From Felis catus (lineage: Eukaryota), in contig NC_058368.1 of NCBI RefSeq assembly GCF_018350175.1, positions 143,904,001 through 143,968,000 on the forward strand: a DNA stretch of 64,000 nt, read 5' to 3'. Both the position numbers and the translations under genes were made by a program. The notes below the pieces were generated by a model. The model searched no databases. It was not told where the DNA came from and was given only the letters and a program-made list of their open reading frames with translations. Shown piece after piece: positions 14,100-27,808 of this stretch (within the stretch, counting starts at the first letter, position 1; the number at the start of each line of letters is the position of its first letter).

Positions 14100-16022
14100 C
14101 TCACATCCGTCCTTCCAAATGCTATAGCTCATTTAACCAGTCTACAGCTTTCTCTTTATTTCTTCTAATGACAGCCTTATAGAATAGATAATATGTGATC
14201 AGGAGCTCCAGACTTTATTAACAGTACTAATAGTTACTATTCTCAAAGTCTTACAAACATCACGAAGAGGTAATGGATGGATAATCCTACTTGGAAGAGA
14301 GGAGGGGCATCTCCCAAGTAATTTGGGAATACCCTCAGACTCTCCATAATGAGAGGCAAGTGGAATGAGCATTAATTAGCCTTCTTCTCCAGCACTCCAA
14401 GCCCTGCTTTCTTTCTGCCACACCACAGCAGGTAAAAGAAGTCAGAGACTCAGCTCTGCTGGACCTCTTGCTCCTAAGAAAATGTAATCCCATGACAACC
14501 CTCATTGCTCTCTTCCCCCCATCATAAGGAAATAATTTACTACTTCATGCTTTTCAAAGCCTGCAACCAGAAGCTACTGCTGAGCACGATAATTTGCATA
14601 GAGTGGCTCATTGGTTAACCAGCTCTTTCTAAATGGCCTAATATCCCGTATTCAGCAACCTGCAACTTTCACAAACTACATCACTGGGTAAGAAAGCACA
14701 TTCTTAAAAACTGCTTTCTGTTAAATCCCATGACTCACAGACAGAGTAGAATTTTCTAGGGAAAAAAATTTTTAAAACATTTACTTATTTTTGAGAGAGA
14801 GAGCAAGCATGAGCAGGGGAGGGTCAGAGAGAGAAGGAGACATAATTCCAAGCAGGATCCAGGCTCTTAGCTGTCAGCACAGAGCCCGACATGGGACTCG
14901 AACCCACAAACCACAACGAGATCATGACCTGAGCCGAAGTTGGATGTCCAACTGAATGAGCCACCCAGGTGCCTCGCTGGGAAAAAAATTTAAACAATTA
15001 CGTGGGAGTTTAAGAGAAGAGAGGGGATGGGACACCTGGGTGTTTTGTTTGTGAAAACCATAACCCACGACAAGGAGTGACAGCTATTGCTCCCATCAGA
15101 AAGTCAGCAGTGAGACTTTAGGTGGCTTGCCACCAACCAAAGATTTCCCAAGATGGTTCTAATTTCAAACTGCCTGACCATTATCCTTAAAAACTATTTA
15201 AGTCTACTAAAAGTTCCAAATATTTTGGCTTCCAACTGAAATTTCTCATACCCAGAGGCCCAATTCCCCTTTGTCAGCATGTCCCAATTTTCAGTATATG
15301 GTTTGGATGGACACTGTGGATTCCCATAAGCAACAGCATCAACACAACTGTGGTCCTCTTTTTTTTTTTTTTATAAATTTTTTTAAAGTTTATTTATTAT
15401 TGAGAGACAGAGAGACACAGAATGTGAGCAGGGAAGGGGACAGAGAGAGGGGGAGACACAGAATCCAAAGCAGGCTCCAGGCTCTGAGCTGTCAGCACAG
15501 AGCCCGACGTGGGGCTCGAACTCACAAACTGTGAGATCATAACCCGAGCCGAAGTCGGTCGCCTAACCAACTGAGCCACCCAGGTGCCCCCAACTGTGGT
15601 CCTCTTATGGCCTGTGCCCACCTTCAACACTGCCTGCCTCTTCTTACTACTATGCAAAATGACTGCCTCCCCCTCCAAGATCCCAGCCACTGGGTCATTT
15701 CAGCTTTGGGAGGCCCACAGGAAGAATTAAACCAGAGCTCCCTAAAATGAAGGAGAGCTGCTTCCAAAGATAGGAAGTTCCGGTCTCTGGAGTTATTTGC
15801 TTATTATAGTACAAGAAATCTGAGCACAATTGTGGAGGAGGAGCAGAAGACCCTTCCAGGCACTTCCCGCACCAACTTTCTGGGAGTTAGTCCAAAGGGA
15901 GGCAGGGGGGCCAACTCCTCCCTCATACGGCTAACAGGAGCATGAATTGGTCGCTCAGCCTTAGTGAGTAACGTCTCCAATGCCCGGGGCTTCTGAGCTA
16001 TATTTGTTCCAAGAGGATTGAT

Positions 16023-16680
16023 TCTAAAGGACTTTAGAGCATGTCACCCCAGAATACAACACTTTGCTATATTGATTATTTTGAGTTAAAGGCACCCGAG
16101 AAACAGCAGGTACAAGAAGGGCACTCTGGCCTTCCTTTTTCTCCTTGAAAGCAGGGGATATTTCCCATAAGGTGTCCTCCCTTTACCAGGAAGAAGGAAG
16201 ACATTCTTATGAAGGACCCATGAAGGACCAGAAGTTGAGATGGAGCAAATCCTAAACAAACATTCCTTGTGAAAATAATTCTTGGAGCACCTGGGTGGCT
16301 CAGTTGGTTAAGCATCCAGCTCTTGATTTCGGCTCAGGTCATGATCTCACAGTTTGTGGGTTCCGAGCCCCACTGCACCAGTGCAGGGCCTCCTTGGGAT
16401 TCTCTCTCTTTCAAAATAAATATAAAAACTTTAAAATAATTCTTTTCTTTCTAGATCTGCCCACACAGTTAAGTCACTTTTCCACACCTGCCTCTCTTTG
16501 TTCAACCTAATATAAAAGCAAGCAGGTTATGCCATTTTTTTAGGTCTTTATTTCATTCAGAGGGCTCCCAAATCACATAAAACTTATATTAAATAAACGT
16601 GTACGGCTTTCTCCTGTTAATCTGTCTGTGTCAGCCAGACATACTAGGAAAGTCAAAGAAAACTTCTTCCTCCCCTGCCA
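16023..16680 (+). mobile_element. MER34-like ERV1 solo LTR with an inserted SINE
   Basis: GATTATTTTGAGTTAAAGGCA and CTCCTGTTAATCTGTCT motifs, end TTCCTCCCCTGCCA. Homologous to 38977-39475 and 50485-50948. Confidence 0.7.
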
Positions 16681-17422
16681 TGTTAGAGAACAATTTGAAC
16701 ACAGCAGGATGAGTAATTATGTCTGTGGGAGACACTCACTGAAGGCAGAAAACTGCACTCAGCTGAATGGAGCTACACAGGAATACTTGAAATGCATGCC
16801 TCAGTTCAAACAGCACTTAGGAACTTCCAAAGCACATGTGGTGTTACACACATCCAATTTCAGATAACCCCCCTTCCACAACTTCACAGTAACTCATAAG
16901 CTACAACTCTTTCAACACCCACTTCCACAACCAAATTTCCATCTTTTTGAGATCAAGTACCAAACTTTTCATAGTATTTATGTATTTCTTCTTAACCACT
17001 TAACATTTGTAAAACCGTAATACCATTTTAAACAGTTTGGCTTTTGTTTTGTTGTGTTTTGTTTTGTTTTTAGAAAGAGAAAGAGTACAAGGTGGGGTGA
17101 GATGAGGATAGAGGGGAGAGAGAGAGAGGAAGAGAGAATCCCAAGCAGGCTCCACACTCAGTGCAGAGCTCCACAAAGGACTTGATCCTGTAACTCTGAA
17201 ATCATGACCTGAGCCCAAATCAAGAGTCAAAGAGGGTCAATGGACTAAGCCACCCAGGCGTCCCCATTTTCCCTTAAGGCCTGTGGTTTTTATTACGCAA
17301 TTTTGCATAGTGTGACTTTTTAGGAATGCATGTTCACATTGTGTGACAACAGGAATGTTTCCAGAGCTCTAACCTAAAGAGGCAGGGCATAGAGAAAGAG
17401 TACATAAGACTTATTTATAATA

Positions 17423-17424
<2 letters not shown>

Positions 17425-17463
<39 letters not shown>
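17425..17463. repeat. (TG)n microsatellite
   Basis: Read directly. Confidence 0.95.
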
Positions 17464-17465
<2 letters not shown>

Positions 17466-17838
17466 TGTTGTTTTTGTTTTTGTTTTTGTTTGTAAGAAAT
17501 ACAGTAGGGGTGCCTGGCAGGCTCAGTTGGTGGAACATGTGACTCTTGATCTCACCTTGTAAGTTTATGCCCCGTGTTGGGGGCAGAGATTACTTTTAAC
17601 GTCTTAAAAAACTAAAAAAAAAAAAAACTAAAAATAAAAAGAAATACGCTGTCTAATAAAAGGAAAATACGAAATAAAGTTGATATGATAGATTAAATGC
17701 GATACACCAATTACAATGTTTACTTTTAAGAATTTTCAGTTAACTGTTGATCTTCGGCTAAGGTCATGGTCTAGTGGTTTGTGGGGTCGAGCCCCACATC
17801 GGGCTCTCTGCTGTCAGTGCAAAGCTGGCTTGTGATCC

Positions 17839-17874
<36 letters not shown>

Positions 17875-18211
17875 AAAAATATATGTAAACAGAAGTCTTA
17901 TGTAAAAATGCTCACAATGTCATGTGATAACAAGTTAGGATATAAAATAGTACACACCATGGCACATGGGTGGCTCCATCGGTTGAGCATCTGACATCTG
18001 ATTTCAGCTCAAGAAGTGATCCCAGGGTCATGAGATCAAGCCCCACATCAAGCTCTGAGCTGGGCCTGGAGGCTGCTTGAGATTTTCTCTCTCTCCTTCC
18101 CTTTGCCCCCACTCATGCACAATACATACATGCATACATACATACATACATAGAGTGCATACAGTATGGCCTAATTAATTGCATTTTTTTTAAGTTTACT
18201 TACTTACTTAC

Positions 18212-18243
<32 letters not shown>

Positions 18244-18869
18244 AGAGAGAGCACATGCTGGGTAGGGGCAGAGAGAGAGAGGGAGAGAGGGAGAGAGAGA
18301 ATCCCAAACAGACTCCACACTGTCAGCATGGAGCCTGACACAGCTCAATCTCATGAACTGTGAGTTCATGACCTGAGCCAAGATCAAGAGTTGGACACTT
18401 AACTGACAGAGCCACCCAAGCACCCCTAATTTACTGTACTTTAATACTAGGATGAAATAAAACAAAATACTAACAGGGTTTGTTCTCTCTGGGATTACAA
18501 ATGATATTTACTTTCTTCTTTATACTTTTCTGTTATTTCCCAGATTTCCTCTGATAACTATGTATTATTTTTTTATAAGGCAGAAATACAGTTCTAAAAT
18601 ATCATGAATGTTACTTAATTCATCATTTGCTATAAAGATTTGGTCAGTATCTAGTACTGACGCACCTATAATGGATTCCATTACTAATGGTGAATTTCTG
18701 ACTTATATCCCTTCTTCAAGATGCTACAATACCATAATGCTTACAACATTTTAAGAAATAAAAAGGCAATAGAGGAGGACTACTTAAAAACATTCAATGA
18801 ATGCTCCCCTCCTCAAAAAAAAGATAAAAAATTAAGAACCTAAGGGAAAATGAAAATGGCCAATAATAC

Positions 18870-19810
18870 ATAGTCTCAGGTTCAAACATGAATAATTACA
18901 TTAAATGTAAATGATCTAAACATCCAGTGAAAAGGCAAAGATTGTCAGACTGGATCAAAAAGCAAGTCCTAACTACATGTTGCTTATAAGAGACACACTT
19001 TTGAATATAGTAAAACCTTGGATTGCGAGTAACTTGTTCTGCGAGTGTTCTGCAAGACTACCAAACATTTCTAATAAATTTTAACTTGAGAAACAAGCCA
19101 TGTCTTGCAATACGATTAGTATGTGATGTCAAATATCACATGATCACAACTGAGCCAATGGTTCTTGAAATGAGCTTTGATATACAAGTGCTTTGGATTA
19201 TAAGCATGCTTCCAGAATGAATTATGCTCACAAACCAAGGTTTTATGGTATAAGACACAAATTGGTTGATGGGGCTCCTGGCTGGCTCGATCAGTAGAGC
19301 ATGCAACTCTTGATCTCTGAGTTCAAGCGCTACATTGGACATAGAGCTTACTTTAAAAAAAAAAGGCTAAAATGGGATGAAAGTTAAAAGGATGGCATAA
19401 CCATCAGACAAACATTTGAAGATAAAGAATATTACCAGAGATAAAATGGATCATTTTATAGGAGGATCAATTCATTAAGGAAACAACAATCATAAATGTG
19501 TGTACACTTAATAGAACTTCAAAATACATTAAATAAAAAATGACAGAATGGGACAGACAAAAACCACAATCATGTTTGGAAAACACCCTTCTCCCAGTAA
19601 CTGAGAGAATTAGATGATTTCCACCACCACCACCAAAAAATCAGTAATGGAGAAGATTTGAGCAATACCAGCAATCAACTTGACCCCTGTACCCAAAAAC
19701 TGTAGAATATATGTTCTTTTTAAGGGCACATGGAACATTCACATAAAACAATAGCTTTAAAAGGAATTAATATGTACAGAATATGTTCTTTGATTACCAC
19801 AAAAGTAAAT
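18870..19810 (+). mobile_element. Old L1 ORF2 endonuclease-domain fragment
   Basis: Translates to IITLNVNDLNI..KRQRLSDWIKKQ.P..CCL.ETHF, interrupted by the Tigger and a SINE. Confidence 0.85.
19008..19248. mobile_element. Tigger-type (Tc1/mariner-pogo) MITE
   Basis: Terminal inverted repeats TAGTAAAACCTTGGATTGCGAG and CTCACAAACCAAGGTTTTATGG, TA target duplication; splits an L1 ORF2 fragment. Confidence 0.8.
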
Positions 19811-20955
19811 TAGAGGGGTGCCTGGGTGATTCAAGTCGGTTGAGCAACTACTTCACCTCAATTCATGATCTCACAGTTCGTGAGATCAAGCCCTGCAGCG
19901 GGCTCTGCACTCACAACAGAGCCTGCTTGGGATTCTTTCTCTCCACACCTACCCCTCTTCTAAATAACTAAATAAGCAAACTTTAAAAAGATAAAAAAAT
20001 CTTCTAAAAATTAAAAAAACTAAAAATTAAAAAAATTAGAAGGGGCATTTTAAAAAGACATCTAGGGGGCGCCTGGGTGGCTCAGTCAGTTAAGCACCTG
20101 ACTCTTAATTTTGGCTCAGGTCATGATCTCATGGTTTGTGAGTTTGGGCCCCACATTGGGCTCTGCGCTGACAGTGTGGAGCCTGCTTCGGATTCTGTTT
20201 CCCTCTCTCTCTAACCTCCCGTGACTTGCTCTCAACATCTCTCTCAAGATAAATAACAATAAACTTAAAAAAATAAATAAATAAAATAAAAAGACATCTA
20301 AGCTTCAGATGGGGAATTAAAAGGGATGCCTTTTAATGTCTTCCAAGGGAGACTGGGTGGTTCAGTTGAGCATCCAACTCTTGAGTTCAGCTCGGGGCAT
20401 GATCTCAGTTTGTGGGTTTGAGCCCTGCGTTGGGCTCCACACTGAACAGGATTTTCCTAAGAATAAAATCCAAAAAGGGGCGCCTGGGTGGTTCAGTCAG
20501 TTGAGCAGCCAACTTTGGCTCAGGTCATGACCTCCTGGTTCATGGGTTCGAGCCCTGTGTCAGGTTCTGTGCCGACAGCTCAGAGCCTGGAGCCTGCTTT
20601 GGATTCTGTGTCTCCCTCTCTCTCTGCCCCTCCCCTGCTTGTGCTCTGTCTCTAAGATAAATAAAGCATTAAAAAAAATTTTTTTAAAGAATAAAATCCA
20701 AATGGATCAAAGAAATTTAAACAGAAAAATAAGGGGAAGGAAGTTAGAGGGGGAGAGAAAAATCGAGGGGATGGAGGCTACCTCCAGACTAAATTTTGAC
20801 AGGTTACAGAACTTAAGAGTACATGAACTTCAGCATCCTGCAATCTGGAGACAGGAAGTATCCAAACCTGTTCACTACTCATACCAAGGGCCAGCCCCAA
20901 CTCTACTCAGGTTGTAACCTGCTCCTCTTTCACAATGGCAATCTGTTCACATCCC

Positions 20956-21571
20956 TCTCTAAAATCAACCACAGGCCCATGACAGAGTCACTGACACCAA
21001 GGCAAGTAACCAAACTAGGGCTTAATACCTAACCTAATTGCAGTTTCAACCCCTCTGTAAAATGTAGTCTTCCCTCCCCCCCACCCCCCTCAAGAAATAT
21101 AGTCTTAGCCAGTTAGTCAGGAATTTTGCAGTCAGCACCAATGAGGTCATTTGCTGCATGGCCCTCTCTATCCCCCACCCAAAGGATATGAGGAAATCTA
21201 CAAGTTAAGACCCCATGTTATTCCTAAGGGAAAGTGACAGTGCCTAAAACAATTCTTTCTTTTCTTTTGCTAGTAACTTCCTTGCTCCACTCTCCTTTCC
21301 ATAAAAATCTTCCATTTTATAAAACTTGAAGTTCCTTTCTATTTGCTAGATGGGATGTTGCCTGATTCATGAATTGTTAGGGTTTTTTTTTTTTCAAATT
21401 ATTTTATTTTTAAGTAATCTCTATGCCCAATGTGGGGCTCGAACCCACAACCCGGAGATCAAGAGTTGCATGCTCCACTGACTGAGCCAGCCAGGCTTTC
21501 CCAATTCATGAAGTGTTTAGTAAGGCCAATTACATCTTCATATTTACTCAGGTGATATACGTTTTTTAACA
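20956..21571 (+). mobile_element. Solo LTR related to family A, with an inserted short SINE
   Basis: Shares the ACCACAGGCCC, CTTAATACCTAACCTAATTGCAGTTTCAACC and TTGCTAGATGGGATG motifs and ends TTAACA. Minus-strand SINE at about 21385-21502. Confidence 0.75.
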
Positions 21572-21933
21572 CCCCAAACCACATTCCACTGAAACGCCAC
21601 ATCCCCCACTAGTTACTCATCTCCCCTCCATTGCCAAAGGTCTTAAAAGATCATAACCTCCCCTCCCTGGCTTCAATTCCTTAGTTCCCCAGTACTCTCC
21701 AACCCCCAGTGCCATAGCTTCTGCTCTCTGGAAACCAAAGATGCCAAAAACCCCAGGAATCCTGGTCTCCCCCCTACTAACTTCTAGAGTATAGGGTGCT
21801 GTCTGACAAAACCCAAGCTTCTCCCACCCCAAACCCCCAGATTCTTTCCTCTTCAGGCAGGTTGTAACCTCCATCACTTTATTTTCTTTCTATGTTTGCT
21901 ACAGGAATGTCTGCCTTTTAACTTTTGGGTTTC

Positions 21934-21966
<33 letters not shown>

Positions 21967-22614
21967 TCTTTTTTTTAAGTAATCTCTACACCCAACATGG
22001 AGCTAGAACTCACACCCTGGAGATCAAGAGTCGCTTGATGCACTGACCGAGCTAGCCAGGTGCCTCAGAATGCCTGCCTGCCTTTTAAATGGAGAGGTCT
22101 CCACTGCTGGTCTTTCCCTTCTCATTCTACATTAGGTTTTCCCAAGGTTGTAAGATTCCTTTGAGAAGCTGAGAGATACTAAGAACTCTCTTCTAGGAAA
22201 AGTATTCAGAAAAACTGTGTAACTGCAGGAAACCACTAGAACACATTCTTGAGGACCCCAGTTCCCCCACATGTCCCCATGGATTGGTTCATTTACTCCT
22301 AGGGAAGCGTCTCCCCCAGTGGACCCTTTCACAGGCAAAAAAGGTCCAAAACTGAGATACACAAACCTCAAATAAGTCTTTGAAGATGTTCTGCCCCAGG
22401 AGAGATCTTATACTAAGAAAAGCCAGCATCAATTCACTAGTTGTTCCCAAGCATGAAAGTAGGCTTAGTATTATGCTAGGTACCCAATGAATATTATGCT
22501 AGGTACTAATATTATGCTAGGTACCCAATGAATATTTATCAACTGACATATTGCTTTAAGAGTTGTAAGCTTTTTTTTTTTTAACAGTAAAAAAGTTGAC
22601 AGTGTCCTTAGGAA

Positions 22615-22985
22615 TGTTAAAAAGAAAACCACAGGCCCAAAATGGTGTCACTTAGGTTAACCTAAATGCAGTTTCAATCCTTGAAAATGTAACTGTTAAC
22701 CAGTCAACATGGAATTTCCTGGTCAGCACTAGAAATTTACTGATAGAACCCTCCCCCTTCTGCTCCCCTTAGGAAGGCAACCTTGCCTAAAACAATGGAT
22801 TCTATACCAATAATTTCCTTTTTCCCTCTCCCTCCAACCTTTGAAAAAGGCTTCCTTTTCTGTAGACTTCTGGAGCTGGAGCTCCCCTCTACTTACTAGA
22901 TGGAATGCTGCCCAATTCGTGAATCGATTAGTAAAGCCAATTAGGTCTTTAAAATTTCGTCAGTTGAATCTTTTGTTATTTAACA
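22615..22985 (+). mobile_element. Solo LTR, family A
   Basis: TGTTAA...TTAACA inverted termini with a perfect 4-bp TSD GGAA (22611-22614 and 22986-22989). Confidence 0.88.
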
Positions 22986-23894
22986 GGAATAATGCTACCA
23001 AAGCCGAAGAAAATTCGTGCTGATAAAGAATCCTATTACAGAGAACATTTTCATTACTATGGTTACAAAATACTGCCATTGTTTCTGAGAACACCACTGG
23101 AGGAGTTCAATGAGCGTGGAGTGAACCCCAAAAGACTGAATTCTTTCCTAGTTTTGGTGAACTACACACACCAAGGATCCCAGCGTTAGGAGACACAGTC
23201 CTCTGTGAAATCACGGAGATACAAGGCAAGAACAAAAAACTGGAAAATAAATCCTATGAAGACCTTGTGGGCTTTATTTCAAAGTGTAGCTGACCAGTTT
23301 ATAAAAATGATAAACAAACCGAAGTCTGATTTTCCAGCTCTCCTAGTTATCTTTGCATAAATAAGATTTAAGGGGTTGTGTGTACGTGTTTTTCTCACTT
23401 TTGTTTCAACTGGACAGTGTTCATGAGGGGGAAAAAATGTTGTTTAATCACTGTCTACTGCAACCTTACTCCAAACCCGCAAGTGGTTTCAAAATCTATT
23501 CTGTGATAAAAACCTCCTCTAACTTTTTCCATAACAGCTGCTTTCCTTAAACAATCAGCTCAACTTTAATCTTACAAGGCAAACTACAGCAGAAAAGCCA
23601 AAGTAAAATCCTGTTTCCTTTAAAATTCAAACAGATGTTTTATGTAACCAAACCAACCCACTGTTTGAATTTCCTTACACACACACTACACTGATTCCCA
23701 CATTATGTTCTAAAATCTTGCAACGGCTCACTTTAGACTACTTGGAAAACCTGATCATTTAAGACAATCACAGTAGTTTAGATTAGTAACTGGATTAATA
23801 TTGCTCTGAAGATCCAATCTCAACCCAAATTCAACTGACAACCTCAACATGTAACGAAATTTCACTAGACACATAGAACACAGGATCTTTAGAG

Positions 23895-24453
23895 TGTTAA
23901 AAAGAAAGACCCCCAAGTCAGTAAACCAAGACCTCGTATCTAATCTAAGTGCAGTTTCAACCCTCCGAATATGTAATCTTAACCACTTAGCATGAGAATT
24001 TCCTGGTCAGCACTAGGAAATTTACTGATACATCCATTCCCCTCCCCTTAAGAGGGCGACCTTGCCTAACACAATGGATTCTTTGCTAATAGTTTCCTTT
24101 TTTCCACCCCTCTCTTCTTTAAAAAAACCTTCCTTTCTTGTATTTCTGTGATGCTCCCCTCTACTTGCTAGATGGGGTAAGCTTGATTAGTGAAACAATT
24201 AATAAAGCCAATTAGATCTTTAGAATTTACTCAACTGAATTTTTTAAATGATTTTTCTTATTTATTTTTTGAGAGAGGGAGGAGGGACAAGGGTGGAGGG
24301 GACAGAGGATCCGAATCAGGATCCACACTATCAGCACAGAGCCCGATGTGGGGGTCCAACCAACTCTCGAACCGTTGAGATCATGACCCAAGCCTAAGTT
24401 GGACGCTTAACCAACTGAGCCGCCCAGGTGCCCCAAATTTTTTTAATTTAACG
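23895..24453 (+). mobile_element. Solo LTR, family A, with a SINE in its 3' end
   Basis: TGTTAAAAAGAAA start, strong similarity to 22615-22985, AATAAAGCCAA, end TTAACG. Flanks are AGAG and ACAG. Confidence 0.8.
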
Positions 24454-26550
24454 ACAGTTATAATTACAGGTACTGAAAACAACTCAAAAGATAAAATGTA
24501 ATTGTATCCAATGGCTAGCTCTGCAGACATCCCATCTTATATAAGGACTTCCTTTTTAATGTCAAACTATCTATCATGGATGAACTGGCCACAATGTACT
24601 CTGAATTGTAAGCAGACGATGCCATCCTTCTTGTTCTACCCTCGCAGTTCACATTAAAACACCCGGGACATGGAAAGGTAAGATTCCAAGGATCACAGCT
24701 GACTCACTCCCAGGTCTTGAATAGCTGTGGCAAATCTACAGGTGACATTTATACAGAAAACCAGGCAGAAGCAAACAATGGAGAAGAGATTATCTCATTA
24801 CAGTCAGAGGCTGCCTTCCACTCCCTACAGGTCGGCCCTCTTCAGGCCTCCCAGCCAAGGCATCCCACTCAGACTCCCAGCCAAGCATCCCACACAGCCG
24901 AAAGCTATTTGTCAGCTTGCCCAGGTCAGCTATAAAGCAGCCCAAGAAAACAAATCTGAGTGATCAACCCTCAAGCTAACTCTCCAACCAACATGGCCAC
25001 CTTCACTCTCTACGGCTTAAAGTAAGTGACAGACTGGTGTTCATAACAACCTGAACTTGGCTAACTACACATCTCTGAACGTTCTTTCTCTCTCAGCTCA
25101 CCAGTGAGCTGTATTAGTCAAGAGTTCAACATCAGCCAGTCCCCTTGTCCCACCCTTTGTCAGTGTGGGAGAGCAACTATGTGGGCACTTTACTGCATTC
25201 TGCCTGTGTTTTTCAAAAATGAACAGAAAAATAAAAGTGCTGATACTAGTGATACGACAAGACTCAAACTTAATGTAACTGAAACAGAGAAGGGCACCTT
25301 CGTACAGCAGGAAAAAAATGACTCAAACACCATCTAGGTAGATAGTATCTATATAAATCTATACATATAAAGAAGATCAAATTTAAAGAAATTGTTAAAA
25401 ATGACTGAAATAAATCTTCAATGATGATACTGAAAGAGGGTAATTCAGATTTCCTTCATTATTTTTGGTATTTGAGGAATAGAAAAACACACAAACCTAT
25501 TAACACATATGCTTATGAATTAACTTCCACTCATCCAACTTTATTTAACACTTCTGGAGAATTCATCATGTTTGAAGGCAAAAGACTACCTACACCTGAC
25601 TGTCAGCCCAGAAAACATGAATGGCTGCAAAGCAGTACTCAGTGCCTGTTAAAAACTTCCCCGACCAGAGGGCATCTCGCTAGCTCAGTCTGCAGAGCAT
25701 GCGGTTTTTAATATCAGGGTTGTGAGTTTGAGCCCACGTTGGGAGTAGAGATTACTCTAAAAAAATAAACAAGGGATGCCTGGGTGGTTCAGTTGGGTAA
25801 GCATCTGACTTGATTTCAGCTCAGTTCATGATCTCACAGTTCATGAGCCCTGTGTAGGGCTCTGCACCAACAACAAGGAGCCTGCTTTGGGATTCCCTCT
25901 ATCCGCCCCTTCCCAGCTCAGGCATGCTCTCTCTCAAAATAAATAAGTATTTTTCAAAAATAAATAAATAAACAAACAGAAACAAAACTTCCTCAATCAC
26001 CCAATATTTCACAAAAAGAGTAGGACCAAATACAGCACAGCACCTACAGTATAACCTTAATTTTGCTAAGTAAAATCACATATACTAAATAAGGGTGACT
26101 GGACTATAAAATATCAGAATATGGTTCTCTGGGTGGTAAGTGTGATATTTTCCCTTTGAGTCTCACAAATACCCCCAATTCATTCAAAAGCACATCAGTC
26201 ATGAACAGAATGTGTGCCTGAATGTCTTCCAAAGGGTGGAATCATCATGTGATGTAATGAGGACCTAATATTTCCAATCACTATTAACAAAGAGCTATAA
26301 GGAGAGTTTTCCATCCAAAAGCACTCAACAGGGGGATCACCTAGTTCATGATAGGTACTCCGTCTAGAGGGAGAGAGGAAACTCATACATGCAGTAACCA
26401 GGAAACAAGTCCTGTGCATCAGATGACCAAGTACTAGGTGGTGTGGACAAATCTAAGTGCACATTCAGAGAGAACTCTCAAAGCTCAGGGAAGATCATTA
26501 CTAAGGAAATGCTTCTTGAGCTTATTTACTTTTTGTGGAAGTCTTCATGG

Positions 26551-26554
<4 letters not shown>

Positions 26555-26597
<43 letters not shown>
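26555..26597. repeat. (TG)n microsatellite
   Basis: Read directly. Confidence 0.95.
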
Positions 26598-26603
<6 letters not shown>

Positions 26604-26742
26604 CTACAATCTGGAGGTGATCAGATGCCCTGATGAGGAAGACCCGTTCCAGTTCCCACTTCCTCAGAGGCCACAGTCTAAGAGTCTCCTGTGTGGGCTT
26701 TGGTTACCTCTAACTCTGAGGAACCCAGGTTTTGTTAACCAC

Positions 26743-27060
26743 TGTTAATAGTGAGAAACGGTGGAAATTAGAAGAAATCTCAACACAAAGCCACTCTTCA
26801 CAAACCCTTGCATGAAGGAACTTGACCAAACTCTAACATGGCCTCTGGCAGCCTAAGGCTGCATCCCTGGGATGACCCAGCTGTCTTTTGCCTTTCAGTT
26901 CTAGTCTGGAAAAGCTCTGAGCTGTAGGGAATACTTATACATCTCAAAGGGACAGGAAGAATGCACAACTGTAAGCCCTCTTTGGTAAATGTTCTAAGAA
27001 AAGGAGGTTGGGGCCTGTTTCAGGTGCTGGCTGGAACAGCAAAATCTGGTCTGTAAGAAG
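26743..27060 (+). mobile_element. Old LTR fragment (MER31-like)
   Basis: ACTTGACCAAACTCTAACATGGCCTCTGGCAGCCTAAGGC..CCCTGGGATGACCC resembles MER31-type LTRs (from memory). Confidence 0.4.
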
Positions 27061-27586
27061 CTAGACCTTATCTAACCACGACTGGCAGCTAGCAATAGCT
27101 ATCAAAACAGCCCAATAGCTGTGTATTCAACTGCCTTTGGTCCTTTATAGGCAACCATAATAAGCAACAGTTACTCATTATTTATACAGAGCAAGAATAA
27201 TGAGGAATGGCAGTCTTGCAGTTAAGAGCCCCAACTTGAGTCAGGTGGGCCAGTGTTCAAGGCCTGGCTCCACTACCAGGTAACATCAGTCAAGTTAATT
27301 ATTTATTTCTCTGTACTTCAGCTCCCTCCCCTGCAAAAGAAGGCCAATTAGAACATTAATTGCACCTGAAGGTTGCTGTGAAAAATGTATGACATAATGT
27401 AGGTAAAAACAGGTAGCACATTGTAGACATGAAATTAAAACTTCAGCTATTGCTTTTACTATCATTAATGTTTATACTTGCCTGGCATCAACCCTGCCAA
27501 GCTTTATTCTCAAATTGCCTTGAAAGCATTGTCTGGACTTTTTTTTTCTTTTTTTTTAATTTTTTAAAAATTAAAAAAAACTTGCT

Positions 27587-27808
27587 GGGGCGCCTGGGTG
27601 GCGCAGTCGGTTAAGCGTCCGACTTCAGCCAGGTCACGATCTCGCGGTCCGTGAGTTCGAGCCCTGCTTCGGGCTCTGGGCTGATGGCTCAGAGCCTGGA
27701 GCCTGTTTCTGATTCTGTGTCTCCCTCTCTCTCTGCCCCTCCCCCGTTCATGCTCTGTCTCTCTCTGTCCCAAAAATAAATAAACGTTGAAAAAAAAATT
27801 AAAAAAAA
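27587..27808 (+). mobile_element. Young feline Can-SINE
   Basis: Same diagnostic GGCGCAGTC..TCAGCCAGGTCACG..GGGCTGATGG sequence. Confidence 0.95.

Noticed and set aside
22615..24453. Two LTRs as the ends of one provirus
   Set aside because: The left LTR has its own complete TSD, and there is no primer-binding site, polypurine tract or retroviral coding sequence in the spacer.
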